This document shows, piece by piece, positions 33,862 through 44,300 of a stretch of DNA of 64,000 bases. Within the stretch, counting starts at the first letter, position 1; each line of letters opens with the position of its first letter. A program made the translations under genes and the position numbers. The stretch lies in IMG/VR virus record IMGVR_UViG_3300037149_000105, positions 83,411 through 147,410 of that record; one strand, given 5' to 3'. Source of the DNA: a virus. Below the pieces are notes generated by a model. The model was not told where the DNA came from and did not search any database. It saw only the letters and a program-made list of their open reading frames with translations.

Positions 33862-36800
33862 GAGGTTGTGTAAGAAATCGTTACCGAACCAAGAGTCAGA
33901 TACTCGGTGGAGCTAAGGGTAATGTCTCGATATCCACCCTCACGCCATGCCTGATAAGTTACCTTAAAGCTGAAATCAGAGGGGGTCACATATTTGTTGG
34001 AGAGGTAGGATGGGAAAGTGGCAATGATACAGCCTTCGTATACGGAGGGAATGGGAGTGATGGAGTTAATCTGATCTTCTACTCCGATGATGTAGAACGC
34101 TCCATCCAGGGCCGTGGTGCTGGTAGGTGGGTTCTGAACCAAATCCATCACACTGCTTGCCCGTCTGAACTGGTCTCCTTCATACAGCATCCCAACGTAT
34201 GCGTCTGGGAGGCCCCCAGAGGGGATGGTCTGATCAGGTAGGACGTTGGCCGTGGTTGAGAGTATCCATGTGTTAGCGGCGAAGGGAAGGCTGCCAAAGG
34301 TGGTGTCCTGGGTGATAGGTAGCCATGTAGTGCCGGTTGGGATGATAATCCCAACATCGTATGACCCATCCGACTTAGCTAGTTTGGTCAGTGGGACGAT
34401 GACATTGGCAATCCCCGGAATAGATTTCACTTGCCTGATTACCTCTGACTGGGTTACAGTGCTGTTTGCGTTACTCAGCACCACACCTAGAACCGTTCTA
34501 ATCTGCCCATCTATGACCACTGAGGTCACATTTGGGTTAAGTTCCACTGATAATATGATATCCACCGCATTTGCCATCATCTGCTTAATCAGCACATCTC
34601 CTCCCGCATTTTTGGTTTGGGAGATAGCGTTGGCCACTTGTTCGATGTAGCCGGGGTAGCCGGTGGTGATTGAGAACATTTCGTTGTAGAAGTAAGAAAC
34701 CAGAACAGAAGACTTGTCTGGGATTCGACCTGTTAGGACTCTAGCCACATATGCTTGGTAAGTGTTCTGATCAATGGTCAGATTGTAATCCTGTCCTTCC
34801 ACCATTACAGTTGGTCCTGATCCATTATCATAAGTCACTTTAATATAACGATTTTGTTTAGGAATGAAAGCAGAGATCAAAGTGGAGTCCATCGAAAGCA
34901 TTGTGTAGCCATAGGACTCTGGAATCCATACATTTTGAATAAATCCTGGGTTAGCGAGGGGAACAAATGTGGACCCAGTGAGAGTTTGGGCTTCTCCGGT
35001 AACCAGAGTGCAATACTCATGCAGCGTGTATTTGTTGTAGCCAATCAACAGGGCCTGACCCAGGGGGATGATTCCCGTAGGGAGTCGCTGAATGCTGTAG
35101 GCGTTATAGTTGCAAATTGGAGCAACTTGAGGACTGATTACGGCTGGATTCCCAGAATACGCGCTAAGTCCAGTGGGGATGATGGTATAATCCACATTCA
35201 ACTTGTAAACAGTGCTCAGATCCGCAGACCGCACTGAGTTGATTCCATATACATGACCCTGGTTGTCCAGACTTACTTGTATATCCGTGTCAATGGGCAT
35301 GATGGAAGGGCCACCGGTTTGAAAGGCAAAGGGGACCAGAGAACCAGGAGCTACCCCAGGCATAGTGGAGAGGACGATTGGGGTGATATTTGAGTAGGTC
35401 GCATTTGCAGTGGTGTCAATTTGAACCAAATCATTGGCTTCATTTGAGAACCCGTTTAACAGGGGGTCTTGGCTATGAATTAGTCTTACCCCTAGCGGAG
35501 AAAGAGTCCCACTATTCCCGTTTCCTGTGACACTATAGACCGTTGAAACCGGCTGAGCCGTAGGGTACCGTTGAAGTGGAGTCTGCATTCTAAACCACCC
35601 CACAATTGAAATATTGGCAGCCTGGGGAGCCAGAAGGGCAATAATCATCTGGTTGGTTTGATTCACCCCATTAAGTTGGAATATTTGATACTGTTCATTC
35701 GCCCCACCGGCATTGATAAGCTGGTAGCAAAGTTCTGTTGGGTTTAAGTATACGGTGTTAGTGAGAGGGTCCACCTTGCAAGTTTGCACACCAAAGAAAA
35801 TCTGGTTTGCTCCCTGTGTGGCAACGATTTCTACGGGAGTGTAAATAGCATTTGAAAGTGCAGTAGTGGGCTTGATAGCGAGAAGAGCTTTGCTAGAAAT
35901 CTGTAATGGAACATAGCTGACAAAACTTCTATATGTTGAAGAGCTACTCCCCCAAGTGAATACCTGTCCATCAGTCTGTTGAGAATCGCTTGCTCCCCTT
36001 ACATAGATATCCACACAACCAAATATATGCTTTCCACCTCCGGCCATTGTAGGCTGGATGAGCCAGTCTCGAAGCATTTCCACATCACCGGCAGCTACTA
36101 CGTTTGCTCCGATGATCCCTGGAGTGGCCAACGCAGTGTTCAAATAACCTAGCCGACTACCACTATCCACTCCAACAACCATACGATTCTTGATCATAAC
36201 CGCATAAGATGAATTGGATTGTTGGTCTGTGCCATATGTGGCTGGCCCTTGGTTGATACAAAGCCAGCCGGAGGGTAACCCTGAAGCCTGTGTAATCGCA
36301 CCCGCACCCACGTTTCCAATGGACCCCACTACTGTGCATTCTGCTGGGACATTCACACTCCACCAATTATTGGCCGAATTATAGATTGAGCTAATGCTCT
36401 GTGGGGTAACAACCGCTGATCCCACCGCAGAGAAGGTCACCGCTGGTGCCTGACTGTTACCAATAGAGGAAAAAGTCATTGCTGATTGGGTGAACGACAC
36501 TTCCGTGGTGGGCTTGGTGTAGGTAAAGAGGGTCATCATGACCACTGATTGAGTGGCCCCACCTCTTGGAACCCCCGCTCTTTCTCCAAGAATATCGAAC
36601 TGTTTGTTAATCAAAAGCTGAGTATTAGACGCAGATAAGTTCCATGCGGTAGCGATTTGAGATTTGAATGGACTGGTGTTGAATGGGTCTGAAATGCCAT
36701 CCCCGTCATAGTCATCAATCGTTGCCATCGCACTGATTGATTGAGAGCAACGACCAAACCATTCCCTCACAGATTGCTGAGAAAGCTCCAAACTGATTGG

Positions 36801-37718
36801 GTCAATGTGAAGATCCCTAAGCTCGGATCTAGGAGTCAAATCCAATTGTGGGTAGTTTGCCATCGCAGAACTAATTAAGCGTGAGGCGATGTCTTCTTTC
36901 TGCTGAAGATACTGGTAATCATAAGGACTTACTTGCCGCAAGTCAACGAAACCTAATTGGAAGGGACCGTTGAAATTGGACTCGTAAACTGTGTTTGTTG
37001 TTGGATCCTGCACCACTGTAGAAAGAACAGCGTAGAAGTAACTAGCTCCTCCAGCAATCGACTGAGGAAATATGACCGAACTGAAGCTCACAGGAGTGGT
37101 AGTGGCAGTGGTGGTTGTGGTAGTCTGGTTATCCACCACTGCTGTGGAAGTGGTGGAGCTAGTAATGCTATTAATGGCTCTTGTTATTTGGGTTACCAAT
37201 GGGCCATACTGTTGGTAGGGGACGTTGATCCCCGTTGAATCAGTGCTATACTGCACTCGAACACCCATGAAACCAGGAGTGGTGGGGAGCACCCATTCCA
37301 ATTGCGCTTGATTCAACCCGTTATAGGTAGCTACCCCAGATGGGGGATTAAGAACTGGAAGAACCCCTGTGAGTCCTGTGTAGACTATTCCAAATGAGGC
37401 GGTGGGGGTTGCGAAGGCTTGACCTGGAAGCGGTGGGTTAGATATATCATAGTTCGTCCCAACAGCTAAAACCTGGATTACCGAAGATGAGGGAGTCAAA
37501 CCCGTTACGCTTATAGTAAATTGATTGAAGCCTCCGATCAGGGTGGGTGAGGTGGAAGGAAAGGTGCCCCCCTCAATCGATACAGTTACTGCAATTACAG
37601 CCGTGGGGGCATTGTATACTAAATCTATTCCGTTTGTGTCTATACCAAGCTCTTGACCGGTCACTATGGGGCTAATGAGGGTCAAGGGGCTTAGGGTAAC
37701 TTGGGGTATGACTGTCAT
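33858..37718 (-). CDS. baseplate wedge protein (baseplate J / gp6-like)
   Basis: LRDLHIDP, VPAECTVVGSIGNVGAGAI, GTDQQSN, GCVDIYV. Confidence 0.8.
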   Translation of the reverse strand: MTVIPQVTLSPLTLISPIVTGQELGIDTNGIDLVYNAPTAVIAVTVSIEGGTFPSTSPTLIGGFNQFTISVTGLTPSSSVIQVLAVGTNYDISNPPLPGQAFATPTASFGIVYTGLTGVLPVLNPPSGVATYNGLNQAQLEWVLPTTPGFMGVRVQYSTDSTGINVPYQQYGPLVTQITRAINSITSSTTSTAVVDNQTTTTTTATTTPVSFSSVIFPQSIAGGASYFYAVLSTVVQDPTTNTVYESNFNGPFQLGFVDLRQVSPYDYQYLQQKEDIASRLISSAMANYPQLDLTPRSELRDLHIDPISLELSQQSVREWFGRCSQSISAMATIDDYDGDGISDPFNTSPFKSQIATAWNLSASNTQLLINKQFDILGERAGVPRGGATQSVVMMTLFTYTKPTTEVSFTQSAMTFSSIGNSQAPAVTFSAVGSAVVTPQSISSIYNSANNWWSVNVPAECTVVGSIGNVGAGAITQASGLPSGWLCINQGPATYGTDQQSNSSYAVMIKNRMVVGVDSGSRLGYLNTALATPGIIGANVVAAGDVEMLRDWLIQPTMAGGGKHIFGCVDIYVRGASDSQQTDGQVFTWGSSSSTYRSFVSYVPLQISSKALLAIKPTTALSNAIYTPVEIVATQGANQIFFGVQTCKVDPLTNTVYLNPTELCYQLINAGGANEQYQIFQLNGVNQTNQMIIALLAPQAANISIVGWFRMQTPLQRYPTAQPVSTVYSVTGNGNSGTLSPLGVRLIHSQDPLLNGFSNEANDLVQIDTTANATYSNITPIVLSTMPGVAPGSLVPFAFQTGGPSIMPIDTDIQVSLDNQGHVYGINSVRSADLSTVYKLNVDYTIIPTGLSAYSGNPAVISPQVAPICNYNAYSIQRLPTGIIPLGQALLIGYNKYTLHEYCTLVTGEAQTLTGSTFVPLANPGFIQNVWIPESYGYTMLSMDSTLISAFIPKQNRYIKVTYDNGSGPTVMVEGQDYNLTIDQNTYQAYVARVLTGRIPDKSSVLVSYFYNEMFSITTGYPGYIEQVANAISQTKNAGGDVLIKQMMANAVDIILSVELNPNVTSVVIDGQIRTVLGVVLSNANSTVTQSEVIRQVKSIPGIANVIVPLTKLAKSDGSYDVGIIIPTGTTWLPITQDTTFGSLPFAANTWILSTTANVLPDQTIPSGGLPDAYVGMLYEGDQFRRASSVMDLVQNPPTSTTALDGAFYIIGVEDQINSITPIPSVYEGCIIATFPSYLSNKYVTPSDFSFKVTYQAWREGGYRDITLSSTEYLTLGSVTISYTTS

Positions 37719-37728
37719 TCTCGGCCTC

Positions 37729-38508
37729 TTAATTCTGAATGTTGTTGTTGGTGGTTTGAAGTGTGAAACTCAAGGGAAGGGGACGAGGGGTGCCGTAAGA
37801 GGAGACCATCATATTTGTTGTAATAATAGTGGGGTCCTCAGTATTCCTTACTGAACTAATACTCTCAATATCCTTCAACACTTCCTGTGGGGTCAATACC
37901 TGCACATTTTTTTGAGCTAGCTGTATCCTCTTCAGATTATCCAGTGCGTTTGAACACTCATTAGAGATATCATCCTCAGTTCCTAGAAACTTTTGTCCAA
38001 TGAAGTTTTTTAATTGAGAGGTAAAGGCAGGATAAAATATACAGTTGGAAGTTAAGAGAAACTTGTAAATGCGCTGAACAAGTTTGTAGAACTCCCATAC
38101 ATGTAGGAAGGATCCATTTTGGGCAATCGTGTAGTCATTTACTTTATTGAACCCGTTGCACTTCAAACAGTAGGCTGCAACTGTGATATATTGAATCTCT
38201 ATGACCGGGTTGGTCAACCGCATCGACTGTCGAAACATGATCTTAGAGAGTTGAGCGGAGGCGGGAAAAGAGGTATCAGGCCATACATCCCAACCGTATT
38301 GCGGATGATTTTGAGGAATCTCCACACCTGAAATGAACACCTTTACCGAGGCTTTGGCACTCACCGTTCCCCTGATATGAATAGCATCCTGGTAGGCATT
38401 GGGGCTGGCATAGAGAAGAGTTTTAAGATCCGTTAAATCAACCGTCATCCTCTCCTTCACTTGGAGGTGGTTGCAGGGGGATAGGCGCACATCAAAATCG
38501 TAGGACAT
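37729..38508 (-). CDS. baseplate gp25-like protein
   Basis: C-terminal KLVQRIYKFLLT...FYPAFTSQL...IG domain, adjacent to baseplate J-like gene. Confidence 0.6.
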   Translation of the reverse strand: MSYDFDVRLSPCNHLQVKERMTVDLTDLKTLLYASPNAYQDAIHIRGTVSAKASVKVFISGVEIPQNHPQYGWDVWPDTSFPASAQLSKIMFRQSMRLTNPVIEIQYITVAAYCLKCNGFNKVNDYTIAQNGSFLHVWEFYKLVQRIYKFLLTSNCIFYPAFTSQLKNFIGQKFLGTEDDISNECSNALDNLKRIQLAQKNVQVLTPQEVLKDIESISSVRNTEDPTIITTNMMVSSYGTPRPLPLSFTLQTTNNNIQN

Positions 38509-38547
38509 AGTTCTCTCAAAATAGCTCCGGATAGCCAGATAGTTGGA

Positions 38548-39240
38548 TTAGCTTCCGGCACCCGCCTGTTGAGGGGTACCCGGAATTGCAGCCCCACTGG
38601 ATAGGTGGCTGAATTGAGAGAGTTCCCATGCGGTCGGCTGATCTAACTGATTGACACGGAAGTAAGGCCCAGGAATTGAAATGTTGTTTACACCTACAAC
38701 TGGAGTTTTGATGTCATCAACAAGAACATTCTGATACTCATTCTTTCCAAACATAGTGGTTAACTCAGTCTGAAGCAATGGGACTTGAATTTCCGCATCA
38801 TTATGTAAATTGGCCATGTCTTCATGCCGCTCTATATGGTTCCGTAACCAATTCATCCAGAACATCCCCTCATCATCACGCTGTAACATATACTGATAAT
38901 AATTTTTTATCTTGCTCATGTTTACGGCACTGAGTTGGTCATTCCCGTTCACATAGGTAAAGTGGCCACTCGGTCCAGGCTGCCACTCTGCTTTTTGAAA
39001 ACTAGGAAGCATTGGCTGTGGGGCAGATATATCGGGATATTCAGTCGCATAATATTTTTCCAGCAAACCAGCCGACTTTCTCAACTGGTTCGCTCTGATT
39101 TGATACCATGCCATAGCCAGAGGTTGATTTGGGCTATTCCTGGTAATCCAGGTGTTCAGAGAATCATTTTGAGTTTGGGACATGTGTCCCAAGAAATTGA
39201 AGGGAGGACCGGGCAGGGCGTAAGTATACGGAGATGTCAT
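38548..39240 (-). CDS. virion structural protein (hypothetical)
   Basis: in structural operon. Confidence 0.7.
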   Translation of the reverse strand: MTSPYTYALPGPPFNFLGHMSQTQNDSLNTWITRNSPNQPLAMAWYQIRANQLRKSAGLLEKYYATEYPDISAPQPMLPSFQKAEWQPGPSGHFTYVNGNDQLSAVNMSKIKNYYQYMLQRDDEGMFWMNWLRNHIERHEDMANLHNDAEIQVPLLQTELTTMFGKNEYQNVLVDDIKTPVVGVNNISIPGPYFRVNQLDQPTAWELSQFSHLSSGAAIPGTPQQAGAGS

Positions 39241-39250
39241 TTAATCCTCA

Positions 39251-41329
39251 CTAATAACCCTGACCCTTATCATTATATGGAGGAGCGGGGGCAATCTCCA
39301 CAGCTTCCACGGCTAGTAATACGTTGAGAGGTGCATCAAACATGCCGGATTTGGCGTGAATGGTGATATTGTAGCCTGGGCTGGGTGGCGCACCATTGGC
39401 CGTAGCGGTCAGTGTGGTAGTCAATGCGGTCCCCCCTGGCAGTAAGCTGAGGGTGGTGGGTGCGAAAATGAAAGTTGTTCCAGAAGGCTGACCTGTGACA
39501 GTGAAATTCAAGGTGCCGACGAAGAGGAAGCTGGGGGTGTATTTGAGCACCCAAGCAACAGAAGAAGTCCCATCCTGGACAAACGTCTGGGTTGTTGCAG
39601 AGGTGGTGGAGACGGTGTAGTCTGGAATGGTACCACCGATAGCACTCTGATTCGTAGAGAAGGCGATAGAGCCAGTCTGCACCTGTGTTTGCGAGGCTCC
39701 GGGGTCCAAATCGGTTGTCAATTTCCATGCGATTGTATGATTTCCAGTCGGAACAGAGAACTGAGTCGTATCGATAGATGCAAGACCCATAGCAATGTCT
39801 CCGTTCACAGGGTTGGTATAAGTTGTAGTCAGATTAGCAGTAACAAAGGATCCGCTATCAATCTGATACTGAATCAAGGAGACAACTTCTGGAGCCGCAT
39901 TTACCACATTCTTTGGGTTCCAGTTGGGGGAGATATAGAACTCAACCGTGCCACTGAAATACAGATTGGTAGCTGGATTTCCCTTATCATCAAACCACAC
40001 GCCTGACGAATAGGAGTATTCATCCCCACCGACCAGAGCGTAAATAGTGTAGGCTGTAGTGCTCCCAGTTAGGTTTCCATTGATATAAAAAGATCCAAAC
40101 CAATTTGTATAAGGAACAGTTGGACCAGTTGCTGAATAGCCAATTGACCACTCTGGGTAAGCGTTCCCTGAGGGGTCTAGCAGCAGCGTGGATGTATCAA
40201 AATTTGCATAGTATTGCTGCTGATAAACATTGTCCTGTTGAGCATTAATTACTATGGTTGGGGCTCCAACTTTTTCCATAGCCATAACGATTGTCCGATT
40301 ATTGATACTCTGGAGTTTAGGACTAGAGTAAGAGGTTCCCGTAACAAAATTGGCAGGCATAGCTACAATATTTACCGGAGCGGTCAGATCTGACAGAGTT
40401 CCAGAAGTGAGGGTTATCTGAGCTGTCAATCCTCCAGCGATGACACTAGAGGTAGCGGTTACGATGCCGTGAATGACGTCAGTTCCGGAGCCCCCGACCA
40501 GTGTAGCAGCCGTTGTGGCAATGGGGATGGCTGAGGAAACTTCTGAGACAATACTGAAACTCCAACCACTAGATGGGTAGGTTAGAGCCTGGGTTACAAT
40601 TGTGTCTCCACTCAGGTAAGTGGCATTCTCAGTGAAAGCAAAAACGAGGCTCTGCATGGAGGAAGGTTGAGCAGCAATTGCCGTAGCGGTCATGCTCCAC
40701 CCCGTGATCTGCCCATTCGCATTGGTGATTGGGGTGGGGGCTCCTAGAGTGACACCGCTCCCAGTAATGGAGGGTGAGAAGGTGGGGGACTGTGAGCTGT
40801 GCAGCCTTCTAACTAGAGACACCGTGATAACATGAGTCGCCCCATCAGCTACGATGCTAGTCGGAGAAATGGAAGCAACTTGGGGCTGACAGAGAGCCCA
40901 CACATCAAAAGTAAATTGAGAACCACCGGACCCAGGTCCATTTGCTCCAGAAGCTGGGGGGATAAATGTATAGAGGTCATACTGATTAGAATTACTTATA
41001 AAGGCGATATCAGTCAATGCGATTGAGACTGGAAAATTATCTGCCATCGCTGGGTCCCAAGTGAATGGGGAGGTGGGACTCCCACCAATATATTGAAGCT
41101 GAGTGGTATCACTTACTGAATCATAAGCTATTTGTAATCTACCCTGCCCAGATCCCAGTGCCTTTGAAAACCCAATTACGTTATTTTGAAGGGCCAGTGG
41201 CTGTGTGGCGGATTGATTGGCTCCAGTTGCGTAAACTATCCCCGCCACTGTAGTGCTATTTGTCAAGTAAACATACCCCGAGTAACCTTCGAGGAGTGGA
41301 ATGTATGGAACTGGATTAGTGGAAGACAT
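39251..41329 (-). CDS. Ser/Thr-rich beta-strand structural protein
   Basis: 692 aa, Ig-like composition. Confidence 0.7.
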   Translation of the reverse strand: MSSTNPVPYIPLLEGYSGYVYLTNSTTVAGIVYATGANQSATQPLALQNNVIGFSKALGSGQGRLQIAYDSVSDTTQLQYIGGSPTSPFTWDPAMADNFPVSIALTDIAFISNSNQYDLYTFIPPASGANGPGSGGSQFTFDVWALCQPQVASISPTSIVADGATHVITVSLVRRLHSSQSPTFSPSITGSGVTLGAPTPITNANGQITGWSMTATAIAAQPSSMQSLVFAFTENATYLSGDTIVTQALTYPSSGWSFSIVSEVSSAIPIATTAATLVGGSGTDVIHGIVTATSSVIAGGLTAQITLTSGTLSDLTAPVNIVAMPANFVTGTSYSSPKLQSINNRTIVMAMEKVGAPTIVINAQQDNVYQQQYYANFDTSTLLLDPSGNAYPEWSIGYSATGPTVPYTNWFGSFYINGNLTGSTTAYTIYALVGGDEYSYSSGVWFDDKGNPATNLYFSGTVEFYISPNWNPKNVVNAAPEVVSLIQYQIDSGSFVTANLTTTYTNPVNGDIAMGLASIDTTQFSVPTGNHTIAWKLTTDLDPGASQTQVQTGSIAFSTNQSAIGGTIPDYTVSTTSATTQTFVQDGTSSVAWVLKYTPSFLFVGTLNFTVTGQPSGTTFIFAPTTLSLLPGGTALTTTLTATANGAPPSPGYNITIHAKSGMFDAPLNVLLAVEAVEIAPAPPYNDKGQGY

Positions 41330-41338
41330 TAATTCCTC

Positions 41339-44300
41339 TTAATAGGTTGGAAGAGCGACCAAGAAGCCCTGCAATATTGTTAATACTCCAGGATTAATGG
41401 TTTGGAATGAGAAGGTTCCACTGGCCTTGGCCCCATTGGCAGTATTAATTAGTGTAATATCCAAGGAATTGCTTTGGATTCCAAGAGGAGCATTGGTCAT
41501 ATAACCATTTTGAAGCCCCTCAAATACTAGTTTAATAACGACAATTCCAGTGCTGCTAATTGACTCGATAACCCCCACCATATTTGAGTAGGCTCCAGTG
41601 TTGCTATTGACAGTGGTAGTGACCTGAAGCTGAGAAGCTGTTACCCCGGCTGGGATGCCGCTTCCATAAATATAGAAGCTCTGGTTGGGTCGGGGATTGA
41701 TGGCTTGAATGTCGCCAGGAACTAAACCGATTGTACCCAAGAAGCCGGTTTGCGACCCACTGATAGAGTCAGGTCCAGTTTGTAGCGCACCCAAAGGAGT
41801 GATGGTTTGCACCTGGAGATTCAAGGTTGCGCTGACGGTAGCTCCATCCGAATCAGTAACGGTGAACTCAACTGGTTGATTGAAGAGCGCAGTTGTCCCT
41901 GTAGTGGCGAGAACCCCACCCTCTGAAAGACTAACTCCGGTGGGTAGCACAGAGGCTAGATTGCAACTGTTACTGAGTGACTGAGAACAAGAGACTGTTT
42001 TTGGCAGAGTATCGGTTGGGGAAAGCTGGAAGGGGATGTTGATCACGCCTCTGATGGTCTGGTTGGTAACCGTGTCGGTAACCTGGACGGTTCCAACGTA
42101 GTTGTAGAACAATGTCTTGGTCAAACCAGAAACGGCAGGAACGGTATTTGTCAGAGTTGACCAAGGGAACAGACCGGTTCCAGAGTAGAGACCACTACCT
42201 CCCGTGGCTGACACTGTGTAGGTTCCGGTTGCTCCAGTAGTAGTCAGGGTTCCTGTTGCCGCAACCGTAACGGTCCACCCATTTGCCAACAGCCCACCAC
42301 TTGCGGGGTCAGAACATTCCCAGACATAACCTGTTCCGCTCCCTCCGGTCGCAGCTAGCGTGTAACTAAAAGGCTGCCCGTTGGGGATAATGGGGAGTGA
42401 AGAGGTGGTGATGGCTAATGTAGTGTTAACAATAGTGATGCTAAAGGTTGCAGTGGTGGTATCACTGATCCCATCAGTCAGTTGGAAAGTGGTGTTGTAG
42501 GTTCCGGTCCCCGCCGTGATGTTACCAGCCGTGATGGTTCCGGCAGAGTTCATTGACATCCCAGACGGGAGGGGAGTAGTTGTGGCCCAGGTGAGAGGTA
42601 GGTTGTTACTAAATCCAGAAAGATTGAAGGAGTAGTTGGATCCCGTCTGGCCTTGTGGAAGATTTGGACCAGGGGTGAGGATATCCACGCTTTCGATAGA
42701 ATTGAGAATGATATACCCATTAACCAGTCCACCCGCACTATCAGCCAGCGTGACTTCAACTGACACGTTATTCAACACAGCCGTGGTGACCCCGCTGATA
42801 AAAGCGGTTCCCCCCTGATCCACGCCATTGGCGTTGATCTGTAAACCTGCTGGGGCTGAGGCTGGGTTGGAAAACAACCAAGTGTAGGGAAGGACTCCAG
42901 AGCCGGTGGCGGTCAGAGTGGCGGAATAGTTGCCACCTCTGGTGATTGGTCCCACCCCCGATACATTAATTCCCAAGGGTGGGGGCTTGGGGACAACCGA
43001 TAGATTAAACGGGGAGGAGGTTGTGTTGCTGCCTGAATCGGTAACAGAAATGGTGATACCATACAGGACTGAAGCAGGGATTGGAAGGGTTGCCCCCGCT
43101 ACGGTCCCGCTGATAATTCCGGTGCTGGTATTTAACGAAAGTCCGGTTGGTAAAGAAGGGGACACTCCCCAGACATAACCAGTTCCAGTGCCACCCTGTG
43201 CCAACAACTTGAGGCTGTAAGGGACATTCAATTCCACATTAGGTAGTGGGGAAGCATTGATTATAGTCAGAGCAGATTCCACCGTTACCTGAATGGCCTG
43301 ATTAAAGATGTTGTCATCTGAGTCAGTCACGGTAAACGTGATGGACTGAGCATAGCCTACATTTGAGGAGATACCACTTAGCAAACCGGTGGCACTTAAA
43401 GTAACCCCGCTTGGAAGAGTTCCCGAAGAGACGGTCCATGTGTAGCCACCCACCCCACCAACAGCGGTGAGTTGCTGGGAGTAGCTTTGAGTAGAGATGA
43501 CGGAGGGGATGACAGTAGAGGTGATGGCAAGGGGGGCGATAAACGTTACTTCCAATCGCTTATAAATGTAGCCCTTCTTTCCAGTGCTGCTGATTGAGTT
43601 AACCCAGAAGTCAAAATAACCAGCTTCGGTGGGAGTGCCGGTGATAAGCAGAGTGTTACCACTCGTTGTAATGGTGAGACCGGCTGGCATATTTCCGAAA
43701 ATCACGGAACCGCTAGTCAGAGCATCGGTTGAGGTGGAGGTGATGAACCCATTGTAGACTGATCCCAGCTTTCCGATTGGAAGGCTCTCGATCAGTGTGT
43801 AGTCACTTGCAAAGAAGTTGAAGTTGATAGTGAAGGTTCCAACAACAACGCCGCTCTGATTAACAAATTCGATGATTGCGGGAGAGGTGTTGGCACTTTC
43901 GACTGGTCCGTATATCAATCCGGTATGTTGATCCAGGCTCAATCCAGTGGGGAGAGAGGAGCCTGCTTGGACTCGAACATACCATGTCGCATCCCTGTCG
44001 TTATCTGGGGAGTTGAAGTAGGGCTTCTGGACGTTTAGAGTGAAGAAATCTCCTACGACCGCCGGAACGGTCATAACTGTGTTTGCTCCTAGATTTTCAA
44101 GGCTGCTCCCCGCATAGGGGATCGTGACATACGAGCGGTTGAGGGTGCCGATGACTTGGCTTGCTCTGATGAGAGGGATCTTTACATTGGCAATCGCGTT
44201 GATAGAAGTAGTTGGGGGTCCGGAAACTTCGATAAACTTGGATGGACCATCCACATATACCGTCAGGCCATTGGCTAGAGTGACCGCTGGAGAGGTCCCG